Assembly (NCBI GenBank): GCA_002633005.1
Contig: NMRA01000479.1
Coordinates: 270,782-334,781, forward strand
DNA from: Phoronis australis
Taxonomy: Eukaryota > Animalia > Phoronida
Reading direction: 5' to 3'
DNA: 64,000 bases
Below are positions 62,041 to 64,000 of the stretch, piece by piece. Every line of letters begins with the position of its first letter. Position 1 is the stretch's first letter. The notes below the pieces were generated by a model. It was given only the letters and a program-made list of their open reading frames with translations, was not told the origin of the DNA and did no database searches. Made by a program: the position numbers and the translations under genes.

Positions 62041-63900
62041 GCCAGAGCAATTGCCCGAGATCCCGCGCTCTCGGTTAAAGGGTCTATTGCCGAAAATCTA
62101 ACCGTTGAAAATCGATGTCCTACCATTCCTAGACCCTGTGGCCAACGATTGGCTGGAAAATAAAAAAATCCGACTTCTAACTGTTGTACTTTTGTCAAAC
62201 GGCGAAGAACTTAACACGATTTTGCCCTACCCCAAACCAGAGCGAAATTGCCCGAGATTCCATGCTCTCAGTTAAAAGGTCTAGTGCCGAAAATCTAACC
62301 TTTGAAAATCGGTGTCTTTCCATTCATAGGCCCTGCGGCCATCCCTTGGCAGGAGGGTAGAAAAAAGTCCGACTTCCAAAAGTTGATTTTTCGTCAATCG
62401 GCGCAGAACTTTGTACGATTTTGCCCTACCCCAAATCAGAGCGAATTTGCCCGAGATTCTGTGCTCTCGGTTAAAAGATCTATTGCCGAAAATCTAACCG
62501 TTGAAAATTGATGTCCTTCCATTCCTATACACTGTGGTTATTTTTTGGTTGGAAAATATGAAAAATCCGACTTCCAACAGTTGGTTTTTCGTCAATCGGC
62601 GCAGAACTTTGCACGTTTTTGCACTAAACCGAAAAACCGGGAATTTGCCGGAGATTCCGCCTCCTCAAATGAAACGTCTATTGCAGGAAAACTAACCGTT
62701 GAAAATCGATGCCCTTCCATTTCTAGGTCCTCTGGCCCTCTTTTAGTAGCCACATAGAAAAAAATGCGACTTTCAGCAGTTGAGTTTCCGTCAATCGGCG
62801 CAGAACTTCGCACGACTTTGCCCTACACCGAAAAACCGCGAATTTGCCGGAGATTCCGCCTCCTCACTTGAAACGTCTGTTGCAGGAATACCAACCGTTA
62901 AATATCGATGCCCTTCCATTCCTAGGTCTTCTGGCCTTCGCCTAGTAGGGAAAAAGAAAAAACCCGACATCCAACGGTTGAGTTTTTGTAAATTAGGGAA
63001 GTCTTTTGCACGATTTTGCACTACACCGAAAAACCACAAATTTGTCGGAGATTCCGCGTCCTCACTTAAAATATCTATTATCGGAAAAACAGCCGTTGAA
63101 AATCGATGCCCTTCCATTCATAGGTCTTCAGGCCATCTTCTTGTAGCAACACAGAAAAAACCCGACTTCTAATGGTTGGGCTTCCGTCAATCGGTTCAGA
63201 GCTTTGCACGATTTTGAGCTACACCGAAAAACCGCGAATTTGTCGTAGAATCCGTGTCCTCATTTGAAACGTCAATTGCCGGAAAACCAGCCTTTGAAAA
63301 TCGATACCCTTCCACTCCTACGTCTTCTGGCCCTCCCTCAGTAGGGAAAAAGAAAAAACTCGACTTCCAATAGTTGAGTTTTCGTCAATCGGCGCAGAAC
63401 TTTGGACGACTTTGTCTTACACCGAAAAACAGCGAATTTGCCGGAGATTCCGCCTCCTGAATTGAAGCGTCTATTGCATGAAAACCTATCGTTGAAAATC
63501 GATGCCCTTCCAGTCCTAGGTCCTCGGGACCTCCCTCAGTAGGGAAAAAGAAAAAAAATCTGAATTTTAAATGTTGAAATTCTGCCAATCGGCGCAGAGC
63601 TTTTGCACGACTTGCCCCTAACGGAAAAACCCCAAATTTGCCGGAGATTCCTCCTTCTCAATTGAAACGTCTATTGCAGGAAAACCAATCGACAAAAATC
63701 GATGCCCTTCCATTCCTAGGTCCTCTGGCCCCTTCCTCAGTATGGAAAAAGAAAAAAACCCGACAATTAACGGTTGAGGTTTCGTCAAACGGCGCAGAAC
63801 TTTGCACCATTTTGCCTTGCTTAGAAAAATCGCGAATTTGTCGGAAATTCTGCGTCCTCATTTGAAACGTCTACTACCGAAAAACCAACTGTTGAAAATC
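62041..63900. repeat. About 199-bp satellite, about 9.5 units (putative subtelomeric)
   Basis: gttgaaaatc anchor near 62104, 62301, 62500, 62698, 62897, 63095, 63293, 63491, 63691, 63891. Confidence 0.92.
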
Positions 63901-64000
63901 AGGGTCAGGGTCGGGGTCGGGGACGGGTACGAGAACGGGGACGGAGTCGGGTCAGGGTCAGGGTTAGGGTCAGGGTACGGGTTAGGGTCAGGGTCAGGGT
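63899..64000 (+). repeat. Telomere-variant hexamer repeats (TCAGGG/TTAGGG/TCGGGG)
   Basis: About 7 TCAGGG and 2 TTAGGG plus degenerate hexamers, G-rich strand running to the window end. Confidence 0.75.

Noticed and set aside
62302-63865. Repetitive ORFs in the terminal array
   Set aside because: Satellite translations with shifting frames

Overview
Repeat-rich animal (metazoan) genomic DNA, not prokaryotic. TTAGGG/TCAGGG repeats, a GalEa-type copia element and HINE-like elements suggest a marine invertebrate (inference). One host gene dominates: a complete 17-exon MINDY4/FAM188B deubiquitinase on the minus strand (ATG 59057, stop 8637, 788 aa). I reconstructed it by hand from GT-AG junctions with consistent phases; the ORF track shows only fragments. 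Its introns and flanks hold: an XPG-encoding Academ-like transposon relic; three Kolobok-type MITEs, one carrying a nested Tc1/pogo MITE that in turn carries a solo LTR; a very young, internally deleted GalEa copia element with identical LTRs; HINE/Helentron-like elements whose tandem units each carry a CTCF-consensus-like motif; a TIR element enclosing a tRNA-like module; a 135-bp palindrome; and many short tandem arrays. The window ends in a ~199-bp satellite joined to variant telomere repeats. All alignments were done by eye, with no database searches. I found no clearly new biological system; the best candidates are listed as findings.
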